DNA from: Acidimicrobiia bacterium
GTDB taxonomy: Bacteria > Actinomycetota > Acidimicrobiia > Spongiisociales > UBA11373
Direction: 5' to 3'
NCBI GenBank assembly: GCA_016215655.1
Contig: JACRIT010000016.1
Location: 28,626 to 92,625, forward strand
DNA: 64,000 nucleotides
Below, in pieces: positions 7,870 through 16,552 of this stretch. The first letter of the stretch is position 1. Every line of letters starts with the position of its first letter. The notes beneath the pieces were generated by a model. That model was not told where the DNA came from. It ran no database searches and saw only the letters and a program-made list of their open reading frames with translations. The translations under genes were made by a program, and so were the position numbers.

Positions 7870-8859
7870 TCAACCCTGGCGATTGAGGGCGTGGCGGGCT
7901 GCCCAGCCATCGAGGCCGGGCCCGGCGGCGATGTGGACCCACGGGCCGACTTCGCGTTTGACCAGATACCAGGTGCCGGGGTGCAGCACACCCACGATCC
8001 GGGTGTGATCGGTCATGTCGAAGACGTCGACATCGGAAAGCACGTATCCCCAATAGGGTGCGGCCACGGGCTCGGGCGGAGGTTGGGGCGCCGGCTCCGG
8101 GGGGGCGGTCCGGTCGGCGGCCGGTCCCGTCACCACGGGCACGGACGGCGTCGTTTCGGTCGTGGAGGCGATGCGGAGTCGCCGGCGGGTGCGCCGCCTC
8201 TCCCGGGCAGCGCTGCCGAGGAGGCGGGCCACGGCGAACCCCGTGAGCGCGGCGATGGCGATGCAGGCTCCGAGTGCGGGATACGAGGGCTGGAGCACCC
8301 CGAACTGCTGCGCCGTCACCGCGGCGCCGGTTCCGGTGAGGATTCCGGCGAGGGCGGCGCCGACTCCGGTGAACCGGCGGCGTGAGGCGATGGCGCCGAG
8401 TTGCCCGGCGAGGCCGGCGACGGCCACTCCGGCACCGGTGAGCCCGGCAAGGGTGGCAAGGGGGAAGCGGCCGGTGATCCGCATCCATGCCTCGGCAGTG
8501 CACCCATCGGCCTCGCCGCGGATTCGATAGAGCCCCACCGCGTACGGGCTCAGTCCTCCGAGATCGATGGTCGCGGAGAACCCGGTGGCAGGAGTGGCGT
8601 AGGCCGTGGCCGCCGAGTCGATTTCGACGGGGCCGGCGACGATCGACACGCGGGCCGTCGTCGTGCCGCTCTCCATCGTCCCGGAGAACACGAGGGCGTC
8701 GGTCGTGGCGAGTTCGAGCGGGCTGCTCAGGCCATCGATACGATCGACGGGGACACCGTTGAACGTGGGGGAGCAGGATCCTTCCACGGAGGCGGAGGCC
8801 GGGGTGGCGAGCGCCGCCGGCCACGCCAGCACCACGAGCGCGGCGAGCAATCGGCGCAT
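7870..8859 (-). CDS. hypothetical membrane protein with signal peptide, 3 TM helices, Pro-rich linker and C-terminal SH3-like domain
   Basis: Signal peptide MRRLLAALVVLAWPAALATPASA and Gly/Ala-rich TM segments. The C-terminus YWGYVLSDVDVFDMTDHTRIVGVLHPGTWYLVKREVGPWVHI resembles a bacterial SH3 domain. Confidence 0.7.
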   Translation of the reverse strand: MRRLLAALVVLAWPAALATPASASVEGSCSPTFNGVPVDRIDGLSSPLELATTDALVFSGTMESGTTTARVSIVAGPVEIDSAATAYATPATGFSATIDLGGLSPYAVGLYRIRGEADGCTAEAWMRITGRFPLATLAGLTGAGVAVAGLAGQLGAIASRRRFTGVGAALAGILTGTGAAVTAQQFGVLQPSYPALGACIAIAALTGFAVARLLGSAARERRRTRRRLRIASTTETTPSVPVVTGPAADRTAPPEPAPQPPPEPVAAPYWGYVLSDVDVFDMTDHTRIVGVLHPGTWYLVKREVGPWVHIAAGPGLDGWAARHALNRQG

Positions 8860-8882
8860 GGAGACGACGATACCCTCAGGGA

Positions 8883-9575
8883 ATGCGCATCGCCGTCGTC
8901 ACCCTCTTTCCCGAGTTCTTCGCCGGGCCGCTCGGCGTCGGCATCGTCGGCCGGGCGATCGCCGACGGTGTGGTGGCGGTGGAGCCGATCGACCTGCGCG
9001 CCCATGGTCTCGGGGCCTACCGGCAGGTCGATGATGCTCCGTTCGGCGGCGGTGCCGGCATGGTGATGATGATCGAGCCGCTGGCGCGGGCGCTGGAACC
9101 GCTCGCCGCGACGCATCGCGTGCTGCTGTCGCCGGCCGGGGAGCCTTTGCGCCAGCCCACCCTCGACCGCTGGGCGGAGATGCCCCGGCTCACCCTGGTG
9201 TGCGGGCGCTATGAGGGGATCGACGAACGGGTCGCCGAGCACCTCGTCGACGAGGAGGTGTCACTCGGCGACTTCGTGCTCGCCGGCGGGGAGGCAGCGG
9301 CGTTGGCCATCATCGAGGGCGTCGTCCGTCTCCTTCCGGGAGTGGTCGGCAACCCGGAATCGACCCGGCAGGAGAGCTTCCGTGGTGAGGGGCTCCTCGA
9401 GGAACCCCAGTACACCCGACCGGCGGAGTTCGCCGGCTGGGCGGTGCCCGAGGTGCTGCTCTCGGGGGATCACGCTCGCATCGCCGCCTGGCGTCGCGAG
9501 CAGAGGCTGCGCCGCACCAGGGAGCGTCGCCCCGACCTGCTCACCGATTTCCCGGAAGACGGATCCGGCCGCTAA
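8883..9575 (+). CDS. trmD: tRNA (guanine37-N1)-methyltransferase
   Basis: MRIAVVTLFPEFF, DDAPFGGGAGMVM, VCGRYEGIDERV and SLGDFVLAGGE are canonical TrmD motifs. Confidence 0.95.
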   Translation: MRIAVVTLFPEFFAGPLGVGIVGRAIADGVVAVEPIDLRAHGLGAYRQVDDAPFGGGAGMVMMIEPLARALEPLAATHRVLLSPAGEPLRQPTLDRWAEMPRLTLVCGRYEGIDERVAEHLVDEEVSLGDFVLAGGEAAALAIIEGVVRLLPGVVGNPESTRQESFRGEGLLEEPQYTRPAEFAGWAVPEVLLSGDHARIAAWRREQRLRRTRERRPDLLTDFPEDGSGR

Positions 9576-9626
9576 CATCCGCCGCCGCCGGACATCCTTC
9601 CGTGCGCTCTGCTGAGGACGGCTCCC

Positions 9627-9974
9627 ATGAACACGCTCGACCATGTAGAAGGCGCGTACCTGCGCGACGACATCCCGCCCTTCGGGCCGGGGGACACCAT
9701 CAAGGTCAATGTCCGCGTCGTCGAAGGCGGCCGCGAGCGCATCCAGACGTTCGAAGGCAATGTCATCGCCCGTGATGGGGGCGGCCTGCGCGAGACCTTC
9801 ACGGTGCGCAAGGTGTCGTTCGGTGTCGGGGTGGAACGCATCTTCCCGGTGCACGCACCGATCATCGCCTCGATCGAGGTGGTGCGAAAGGGCGACGTGC
9901 GGCGTGCCAAGCTCTACTACTTGCGCGACCGGGTGGGCAGCCGGGCCACCCGCATCAAGGAGAAGCGCGACTAG
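9627..9974 (+). CDS. rplS: 50S ribosomal protein L19
   Basis: [32 protein letters not shown]...RRAKLYYLR. Confidence 0.95.
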   Translation: MNTLDHVEGAYLRDDIPPFGPGDTIKVNVRVVEGGRERIQTFEGNVIARDGGGLRETFTVRKVSFGVGVERIFPVHAPIIASIEVVRKGDVRRAKLYYLRDRVGSRATRIKEKRD

Positions 9975-10027
9975 TCGATGGGCTCGATCCGCCGCGGTGC
10001 AACCCGCGGCAGCGGTATCGTCGCTTC

Positions 10028-10720
10028 GTGAATCCGGACGAATCCCGCTTCGACGCCGCCGCCACCGATCCCTTCGGGGAACCGGACTCCCTCGACCGGC
10101 TCCGTGAGGGTGCCCGCGCCCGGGGCGTTCGCAAGGACGCCGCCCGGTCCTTCTGGAAAGAGCTCCCGATCCTCATCGTGGTCGCTCTCGTCGTGGCGGT
10201 CGTCATCAAGACGTTTCTCGTGCAGGCGTTCTTCATCCCGTCGGCTTCGATGCGCGACACCCTGCTCGAGGGCGACCGGGTCATGGTCAATAAGCTCGCC
10301 TATCGCTTCGGTGATCCGGCTCGGGGTGACGTGATCGTCTTCGACTCCCCCCTGGTCCCCGACGACGACGGTGAGTCGTTCCTCGGAGCCGTGGTGCGCA
10401 ACATCGGCGAGGCTCTCGGCCTGAGCACGCCGGACACCGCCCTCATCAAGCGGGTGATCGCGACGGGGGGCGAGACCCTCGAGATCCGCGGCAACACCGT
10501 CTACATCGATGGGGTGGCGATCGACGAGCCGTATGTTCGCCCCGGGTCCCAGATGCCGGCGTTCGGACCGGTGACCGTTCCCGAGGGCGAGGTCTTCGTG
10601 ATGGGCGACAATCGCAACCAGAGCGAGGACAGTCGCCGGTTCGGCACCGTGCCGGTGGACGACATCATCGGGAGGGCGTTCCTCCGGGTGTGGCCGCCGT
10701 CGCGGTGGGGAGGGCTCTAG
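10028..10720 (+). CDS. lepB: signal peptidase I
   Basis: TM anchor followed by IPSASMRDTL (catalytic Ser), GDVIVF, LIKRVIATGGE (catalytic Lys) and VMGDNRNQSEDSR. Confidence 0.9.
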   Translation: MNPDESRFDAAATDPFGEPDSLDRLREGARARGVRKDAARSFWKELPILIVVALVVAVVIKTFLVQAFFIPSASMRDTLLEGDRVMVNKLAYRFGDPARGDVIVFDSPLVPDDDGESFLGAVVRNIGEALGLSTPDTALIKRVIATGGETLEIRGNTVYIDGVAIDEPYVRPGSQMPAFGPVTVPEGEVFVMGDNRNQSEDSRRFGTVPVDDIIGRAFLRVWPPSRWGGL

Positions 10721-10787
10721 GCACGGCAGTCTCCATGGGGTAGAACGTGGGCGAACGCCGAGTCGTCAGAACGGCCCCGGGGCTAGC

Positions 10788-11144
10788 ATGAGTGATCTAC
10801 CGGCCCCATCCCTGCCAGGAGCCCCTGTGAGCGAAGAAGATCTCGAGCGCTACGAGTCCGACGTCGAACTGCAGATCTATCGGGAGTATCACGACGTCCT
10901 CCCGATGTTCCGCTTCGTGATCGAGACCGAACGCCGGTTCTACCTGGCCAATCGCGTGGACCTCAAGACCCGCGAGGCCGGCGGTTCGGTGTTCTTCGAG
11001 ATCGAGCTCGAGGATGCGTGGGTATGGGACATGTACCGGCCGGCACGCTTCCTCAAGAGCGTGCGAGTGCTCACCTTCCGCGACGTCAACGTCGAAGAAG
11101 TCGAGCATCCCGAGTTCAAGCCGCCGGATCCCGGCGAGATCTAG
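10788..11144 (+). CDS. DUF2469 family protein
   Basis: EEDLERYESDVELQIYREYHDVLPMFRFVIETERRFYLAN. This is a conserved actinobacterial protein found between lepB/rnhB and yraN. Confidence 0.8.
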   Translation: MSDLPAPSLPGAPVSEEDLERYESDVELQIYREYHDVLPMFRFVIETERRFYLANRVDLKTREAGGSVFFEIELEDAWVWDMYRPARFLKSVRVLTFRDVNVEEVEHPEFKPPDPGEI

Positions 11145-11449
11145 GCCGGCTCGGCGAACGCCTCGCGCTGGGGTTCCTCCGTCGTCGTGGGGCGCGGTTG
11201 GTGGCGTCCAACCTCCGGTCGGGGCAGGGCGAGATCGACCTCCTCGTCGTGATCGGTGGCCGGGTCGTCGCCGTCGAGGTGAAGTCCCGGATCGGCGAGG
11301 ACCCGCTCATCCAACTCACCTCCGAGAAGGAGCGTCGGATGCGGGAGGCGGCCGCGGCGGTGCGTCCCCGACCCTGGCGCATCGATGTCGTGGCGGTCCG
11401 GTTCGATCGCTCCGGAATCACCATCCGCTGGGTACCCGGCGTCGTGTGA
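11024..11449 (+). CDS. yraN: YraN/UPF0102 family endonuclease (start uncertain)
   Basis: LGRLGERLALGFLRRRGARLVASNLRSGQGEIDLLVVIGGRVVAVEVKSR carries the D-x-E-x-K nuclease core. The only in-frame ATG/GTG starts (11018, 11024) overlap DUF2469 by about 120 nt, whereas the conserved domain begins near 11140. Confidence 0.65.
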   Translation: MGHVPAGTLPQERASAHLPRRQRRRSRASRVQAAGSRRDLGRLGERLALGFLRRRGARLVASNLRSGQGEIDLLVVIGGRVVAVEVKSRIGEDPLIQLTSEKERRMREAAAAVRPRPWRIDVVAVRFDRSGITIRWVPGVV

Positions 11450-11469
11450 GGCCCGGAGGGCGCACCCCG

Positions 11470-11670
11470 TCAGCGGCCGTGGCGGCGGCGCAGCTCCCGT
11501 TGCCAGCAGGGTCGATGCCAGTGGCGGCGCAGATCGGGATGATGCTCGGGCACCACCACGACATGACCGTCGCCCACCTCCACGAAGCCGTCGCAGCCGG
11601 GGCAGAGGTACCGCTTGCGGGCTGCGTATGGCTGCACGGGGACGACGACCTCGTCGTCGAACGAGTTCAA
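11470..11670 (-). CDS. small conserved Cys/His protein (putative zinc ribbon; family often annotated 'ATP/GTP-binding protein' in actinobacteria)
   Basis: TTG start: (M)NSFDDEVVVPVQPYAARKRYLCPGCDGFVEVGDGHVVVVPEHHPDLRRHWHRPCW. The motif is KxYxCPGC...H.V..P...RRHWH..CW. A TTGA overlap joins it to the upstream small ORF. Confidence 0.55.
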   Translation of the reverse strand: MNSFDDEVVVPVQPYAARKRYLCPGCDGFVEVGDGHVVVVPEHHPDLRRHWHRPCWQRELRRRHGR

Positions 11671-11780
11671 CCGGAGAAGGCCGCCCACACGACCAGGGCT
11701 GCGGCCACCGTCAAGGTGACCACGACGAGCACGATGTCCGCGGTGGAACGCCGGCGCACCCGGAACGGATTGAAGCCCAT
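11667..11780 (-). CDS. 37-aa single-TM peptide
   Basis: MGFNPFRVRRRSTADIVLVVVTLTVAAALVVWAAFSG. Its stop overlaps the start of the downstream Cys/His protein. No homology claim is made. Confidence 0.4.
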   Translation of the reverse strand: MGFNPFRVRRRSTADIVLVVVTLTVAAALVVWAAFSG

Positions 11781-11841
11781 GTCGCCATGGTACGAGCGAG
11801 GACGATGGAGCTGCGCGCCCTCCGGGGGTAGTGTCTCGGCC

Positions 11842-12609
11842 ATGTTCGAAGTGCGTGACACCGGTTCGATTCGCCGCCTCACCATCAGCAATCCCGGTCG
11901 GCGCAACGCGGTCCCCACGGGGCAGTGGGGCCGCCTTGCCGAGCTCTTCGGCGAGTTCGAGGCGTCGGAGCAGCGGGTCCTGGTGATCGCGGGCGCCGAC
12001 GGCGACTTCTGTTCCGGGGCGGACTTGGGTTCCGACTTCGTGCCCGGGGCCGTCATCGATGGGTATGCCATGGTCGATCGCGTGAGCGCTGCCGCCCTTG
12101 CGCTCCACCGCATCACGAAGCCGACCGTGGCGGCGGTCGATGGTGTCGCCGCCGGTGCCGGGCTGAACCTGGCACTGGGGTGCGACCTCCTGGTCGCCTC
12201 GGATCGGGCGCGCTTCTCCGAGATCTTCGTGCGCCGCGGCCTGACGCTGGACTTCGGTGGCACCTGGCTGCTGCCGCGTCGGATCGGCCTCGGTCGGGCG
12301 ATGGAACTGGCGCTCACCGGCCGGGTGATCGACGTCGGCGAGGCCGAGCGCCTCGGTCTCGTCACCCGTGTGGTCCCCGCCGCCGAACTGGACGGGGCCG
12401 CCACCACCTTGGCCGAGGAACTGGCCGCCGGGGCACCTCTGGCACAGCGGTTCATCAAAGCGGGCCTGGGCCGGTCGTTCGACATGTCGTTCGAGGAGGC
12501 CCTGTCGTACGAACAGACGGCGCAGGCCCTCCTGCTTTCCTCGGAGGACTTCTTCGAAGGAGCCGCGGCGTTCCTCCAGAAGCGCGATCCCGAGTTCCGC
12601 GGCCGCTGA
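11842..12609 (+). CDS. enoyl-CoA hydratase/isomerase family protein
   Basis: Crotonase motifs VLVIAGADGDFCSGADL and AAVDGVAAGAGLNLALGCDL. Start at MFEVRDTG inside ORF 11014..12609. Confidence 0.85.
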   Translation: MFEVRDTGSIRRLTISNPGRRNAVPTGQWGRLAELFGEFEASEQRVLVIAGADGDFCSGADLGSDFVPGAVIDGYAMVDRVSAAALALHRITKPTVAAVDGVAAGAGLNLALGCDLLVASDRARFSEIFVRRGLTLDFGGTWLLPRRIGLGRAMELALTGRVIDVGEAERLGLVTRVVPAAELDGAATTLAEELAAGAPLAQRFIKAGLGRSFDMSFEEALSYEQTAQALLLSSEDFFEGAAAFLQKRDPEFRGR

Positions 12610-12652
12610 CGGGGGTCTAGGCGCGGGCATCGCCACGCCATAGGTTGCCGCC

Positions 12653-14125
12653 ATGTTCGCCGCGGTGACCTCGGCAGCCCTCGTCGGCGTGGAACCCCGA
12701 CCGGTTCGCGTCGAGGCGCACGTATCGGGTGCCGGGAAGCACCTGTTCGCCGTCGTCGGGCTCCCCGATGCCTCGGTGCGGGAAGCCCGCGAACGCGTCA
12801 AGTCGGCCATGGCGGCGTCGGGTCATCCGTTTCCCGCCCGCCACGTCACCGTGAACCTCGCTCCGGCGGACCTCCCCAAGGCCGGATCCGCCTACGACCT
12901 CCCCATCGCCCTCGGAATCCTCATTGCGGCCGGGCGCATCCCGGCAACGGCCTCCCAGGTGGTGGCGCTCGGCGAACTGGCGCTCGATGGCGGGGTGCGG
13001 CCGGCACGGGGCGGTCTCGCCGCCGGCCTGGTGGCGCGCACCCGTGGTGAGCGCTGTCTGGTCAGCGCCCACGGCTCGGGGGAGGCGGCACTGTCGGGAG
13101 CCGATGTGCGCGGTGTCGCCAGTCTCGCCGAGGCGGTGGCGGTGGCCATCGGCGACGACGCCGGCACCACGATCATCCCCCCGAACGGCGCCCCCGGCCC
13201 ACCGGTCGTCGATCTCGCCGCGATTCGCGGACAGACCGTGGGGAGGCGGGCCCTCGAGGTGGCCGCCGCGGGAGGGCATCATCTCCTGCTGATCGGATCC
13301 CCGGGTGCCGGCAAGACCATGCTCGCCCGCGCCCTTCCCGGGGTGTTGCCCGATCTCACCCCCGCCGAGACCCTCGAAGTGGCCCAGGCGCATTCCGCCG
13401 CGGGGCGATCCCTCCCGCTGGGGCCGCGCCCGCCGTTTCGCAGTCCTCACCACAGCGCCACTCCGGCGGCGATCCTCGGCGGCGGCTCCGGGGTCCCGGT
13501 ACCGGGCGAACTCACGCTCGCCGATCGCGGTGTGCTGTTTCTCGACGAACTCGCCGAGTTTCCCCGGCACCTGCTCGACATGCTCCGACAACCCATCGAG
13601 GAGGGCAAGGTGCACGTGGCCCGCAAGGGTGTGTCGGTGGCCTTCCCCTGCCGGGTCCAACTGGTGGCGGCGAGCAACCCGTGCCCGTGCGGGCACCTCG
13701 GCGACGGGCGCACCGCGTGCCGCTGCCAGGTCGCCGCGGTCGAGCGCTACCGCGCCCGGCTGTCCGGTCCGTTCCTCGACCGATTCGACCTGCGGGTGGT
13801 CGTCTCACGGCTCGATGGGGCCGAGCTCTCCGCGGTCGGCGGGGAGTCGTCGGCCGGGGTGCGCGTCCGGGTCATGGAGGCCCGGCGCATCCAGCGGGAT
13901 CGCGGCGTTCTCAACCGTGAGCTCGGGCGCGACCGCCTCGACGCCATGGCTTGGGAGGAGGAGGCACGGGCGCTTCTCGCCGCCGCCGTCGACCGATGGG
14001 GGCTCACCGGCCGGGGGTGGGATCGGGTGCGGCGGGTGGCGCGCACCATCGCGGATCTCGACGGAAGCGAACCCGTGGGCGGCGACCACGTCGCCGAGGC
14101 GCTCTCGCTGCGAGCGCCGGTGTGA
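12653..14125 (+). CDS. comM: Mg-chelatase-like ATPase YifB/ComM
   Basis: Lon-like N-terminal domain (NLAPADLPKAGSAYDLPIALGIL), Walker A GSPGAGKT, and LFLDELAEF. Confidence 0.9.
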   Translation: MFAAVTSAALVGVEPRPVRVEAHVSGAGKHLFAVVGLPDASVREARERVKSAMAASGHPFPARHVTVNLAPADLPKAGSAYDLPIALGILIAAGRIPATASQVVALGELALDGGVRPARGGLAAGLVARTRGERCLVSAHGSGEAALSGADVRGVASLAEAVAVAIGDDAGTTIIPPNGAPGPPVVDLAAIRGQTVGRRALEVAAAGGHHLLLIGSPGAGKTMLARALPGVLPDLTPAETLEVAQAHSAAGRSLPLGPRPPFRSPHHSATPAAILGGGSGVPVPGELTLADRGVLFLDELAEFPRHLLDMLRQPIEEGKVHVARKGVSVAFPCRVQLVAASNPCPCGHLGDGRTACRCQVAAVERYRARLSGPFLDRFDLRVVVSRLDGAELSAVGGESSAGVRVRVMEARRIQRDRGVLNRELGRDRLDAMAWEEEARALLAAAVDRWGLTGRGWDRVRRVARTIADLDGSEPVGGDHVAEALSLRAPV

Positions 14126-15126
14126 GCGATGCCCGGCTCGGTGTGGCCTTCCTCGGGCTGCATCCGGAGCGGCGCGGTGAACTCGTCCGGCGCCACGGCG
14201 GTCCGTCCGGATTGATGCGTGCCGTGCGGCGCGGCCAGATCGAGGGCATTGCCCCCGACGCCGCGGGCTCACCGGCCCGTCGGGAAGCGGCTTTGCGCGA
14301 TGCCGGGGCGCGAGTGGTCTACCTCGGCGCCCCGGAGTACCCGGAACTCCTCGCCGTCATCGCCGATCCTCCCGACGTGCTATTCGTCCGCGGCTCGCTG
14401 CCTCCGGCGCCGATGGTGGCGGTGGTGGGCACGCGGCGCAGCACCGCCTACGGCCGCAGTCTCGCCCGGGCCTTCGGCCGGGCGGTGGCCGAAGCCGGTT
14501 GGGCGCTGTGCTCGGGGTTGGCCCGGGGCATCGACGGTGAGGCACATCGTGGCGCGCTCGAAGCCGGAGGTGCCACGGTGGGAGTGCTCGGATGCGGTTC
14601 CGACGTCGTGTATCCGCGGGAGCACCTTCGGCTCATCGCCGAGGTGGAGGGCGCGGGCGCGGTGGTCACCGAGTATCCCCCGGGCACGCCGCCGCACGGC
14701 TGGCGATTTCCGCCGCGCAATCGGATCATCTCCGGGTTGAGTCGGGCGGTCGTCGTGGTCGAGGCTGCCGCCACGGGCGGGGCGCTCGTGACTGCGGCCC
14801 GTGCCGCAGAGCAGGGGCGCGAGGTGTTTGCCGTCCCTGGTGACGTCGATCGAGAGTCCTCCCTGGGCTGCAATCTGCTCATCCGCGATGGTGCCATCCC
14901 GGTGCTGGGCGCCGCCGATCTCATCGAGGCGCTGGCGCTGGTGATCGGCCCGGTGGCGCGCCGAACGTCGGCGGATCCGGTGATCCCGGTGACCGGCCTC
15001 GCCATGGAGGAACTGGCGGACCGTCTCGGGCTCTCCGGGCCTTCCCTGCTGGCCTGGCTGGGGCGAGCCGAGCTGGGCGGGGCGGTGCGGATCGAGGGAT
15101 CCCGGGTTTTCCCGGGACGGGTTTGA
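14122..15126 (+). CDS. dprA: DNA-processing protein DprA
   Basis: GTGA overlap with comM. Motifs VAVVGTRRSTAYG, SGLARGIDGEAH, PPRNRIISGLS and VVVVEAAATGGAL. Confidence 0.9.
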   Translation: MSDARLGVAFLGLHPERRGELVRRHGGPSGLMRAVRRGQIEGIAPDAAGSPARREAALRDAGARVVYLGAPEYPELLAVIADPPDVLFVRGSLPPAPMVAVVGTRRSTAYGRSLARAFGRAVAEAGWALCSGLARGIDGEAHRGALEAGGATVGVLGCGSDVVYPREHLRLIAEVEGAGAVVTEYPPGTPPHGWRFPPRNRIISGLSRAVVVVEAAATGGALVTAARAAEQGREVFAVPGDVDRESSLGCNLLIRDGAIPVLGAADLIEALALVIGPVARRTSADPVIPVTGLAMEELADRLGLSGPSLLAWLGRAELGGAVRIEGSRVFPGRV

Positions 15127-15169
15127 GTTTCACGGCCCCGAATGCCGAAACAGACCCGGTACCAGGAGG

Positions 15170-15862
15170 GTGGAGCGCCAGATGACGCCACGCACACGGC
15201 CGCCGACGGACGGTGCCGGGCTCGAGATCGCCGTCGTCGATTCGCGTCCCCTGTTCGGGGCGGCGATGGCTGCGGTGTTCCAGTCGGCCGGGCTGCGCGT
15301 GCGCGTCGTGCGGCCCGAGGCGGTGCGGCAGCTCGTCGCCCATCCGGGTGTCGCCCTCGTCGCCCGCGCCGTCCCCGATTTCGCCGCCACCGTCACCGAG
15401 TTGACGCGTCACGGCTGCCGGGTGATCGTGTACGGGGTTCTCGATCGGTCCGCCCTCGGCATCGCGGCGCGCGCCGGTGCGGTGGACTTCGTGCCGGAAG
15501 ATGGCGCGGCGCTCGACTTCGAGCGTGCGGTCGAGGCCGCCGTTGGATCGATCGGGCTGCCCGCGTTCTCCGGGGGTGCTCCCGGGGCCTCTCCCCGCCC
15601 CTTCGATCACATCGGGTTCGCCGACCTGACCCGCCGCGAACGGGAGGTGCTCGATGGCCTGGTTGCCGGGCTGCGACCGGCAGACATCGCCCGTCGCGAT
15701 TTCGTCTCGGTGGTCACGGTGCGCAACCAGGTGCAGTCGCTGCTCACCAAGCTCAACGTCCACTCGCAACTCGAGGCCGTGGCGGCAGCCCGGTGGTACG
15801 GATGGGGCGGCCCTCCCACACACTCCGAGGTCGACCCGGCGATTGATGCGTCTGCATCATGA
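15170..15862 (+). CDS. LuxR/GerE-family transcription regulator with degenerate receiver-like N-domain
   Basis: C-terminal HTH LTRREREVLDGLVAGLRPADIARRDFVSVVTVRNQVQSLLTKLNV. In the N-terminal domain the phospho-acceptor position reads ALVARAV (no Asp). Alternative start is ATG 15182. Confidence 0.75.
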   Translation: MERQMTPRTRPPTDGAGLEIAVVDSRPLFGAAMAAVFQSAGLRVRVVRPEAVRQLVAHPGVALVARAVPDFAATVTELTRHGCRVIVYGVLDRSALGIAARAGAVDFVPEDGAALDFERAVEAAVGSIGLPAFSGGAPGASPRPFDHIGFADLTRREREVLDGLVAGLRPADIARRDFVSVVTVRNQVQSLLTKLNVHSQLEAVAAARWYGWGGPPTHSEVDPAIDASAS

Positions 15863-15959
15863 CACCACCCCTCTGAACGCCCAGGGTGGCATCGCGTGCT
15901 AGGCCGCTCGGCCCAAAGGGACTAGTGCGCAGGACCATCGGACTAGGAGGAGGCAGGAA

Positions 15960-16127
15960 GTGCTGCAGGTACTGCACCGTCTGTTGGATCGTGAGGAGGG
16001 GGCGACGATGGTCGAGTACGGCCTGATGGTCGCACTCATCGCCGTCGTGGCGCTGTTGGCCGTCACCGCCCTGGGAGGCGGTGTCCGCGACATCTTCCAG
16101 AACGTCGCCGACACGCTCACCCCGTGA
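15960..16127 (+). CDS. flp: Flp-family type IVb pilin (55 aa; too short for the ORF track)
   Basis: GTG preceded by aggagg. The sequence is VLQVLHRLLDREEGATMVEYGLMVALIAVVALLAVTALGGGVRDIFQNVADTLTP, with the Flp processing motif G/ATxVEYGLM. Confidence 0.85.
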   Translation: MLQVLHRLLDREEGATMVEYGLMVALIAVVALLAVTALGGGVRDIFQNVADTLTP

Positions 16128-16552
16128 CACTCCGTGACGCGATCTCCGGGCGGCCCGGCCGCCCGGAGATCCGACGGAGGCACCTCCCCATGCAACGCGA
16201 AGATGGAGCCGCTCTCGTGGAATTCGCCATGGTGCTCACCCTGCTCACGATGATCCTGTTCGGGATCATCGAGTTCGGGAGGGTGTACAACGCCGAGGTG
16301 ACCCTCACCCACGCCAGTCGCGAGGGTGTCCGGGTGCTGGCGATCACCGGCGATGCCGCCGCCGCCGCCGAGGCGACACGCCATGCCGCGCCGTCGCTGG
16401 ATCCGACCCGCCTGTCGGTGAGCGCCACCGCCTGCCTGCCGGGATTCCCCACCGAGCTCACCGCCACCTATCCGTTCCCGATCGACATCCCCTTCTTCGG
16501 CGCCCGCAACTTCATGCTCGACGCCACGGCGGTGATGCGATGCAGCGGCTGA
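16124..16552 (+). CDS. tadE: TadE-like pseudopilin/pilus assembly protein
   Basis: GAALVEFAMVLTLLTMILFGIIEFG is a TadE N-terminal motif. Alternative start is ATG 16190. Confidence 0.8.
   Translation: MTLRDAISGRPGRPEIRRRHLPMQREDGAALVEFAMVLTLLTMILFGIIEFGRVYNAEVTLTHASREGVRVLAITGDAAAAAEATRHAAPSLDPTRLSVSATACLPGFPTELTATYPFPIDIPFFGARNFMLDATAVMRCSG

Noticed and set aside
11014-11841. N-terminal 276 aa of ORF 11014..12609 as an extension of the crotonase
   Set aside because: It is Arg/Pro-rich and overlaps DUF2469, yraN and the two small minus-strand genes. Crotonase homology begins at MFEVRDTG (11842).
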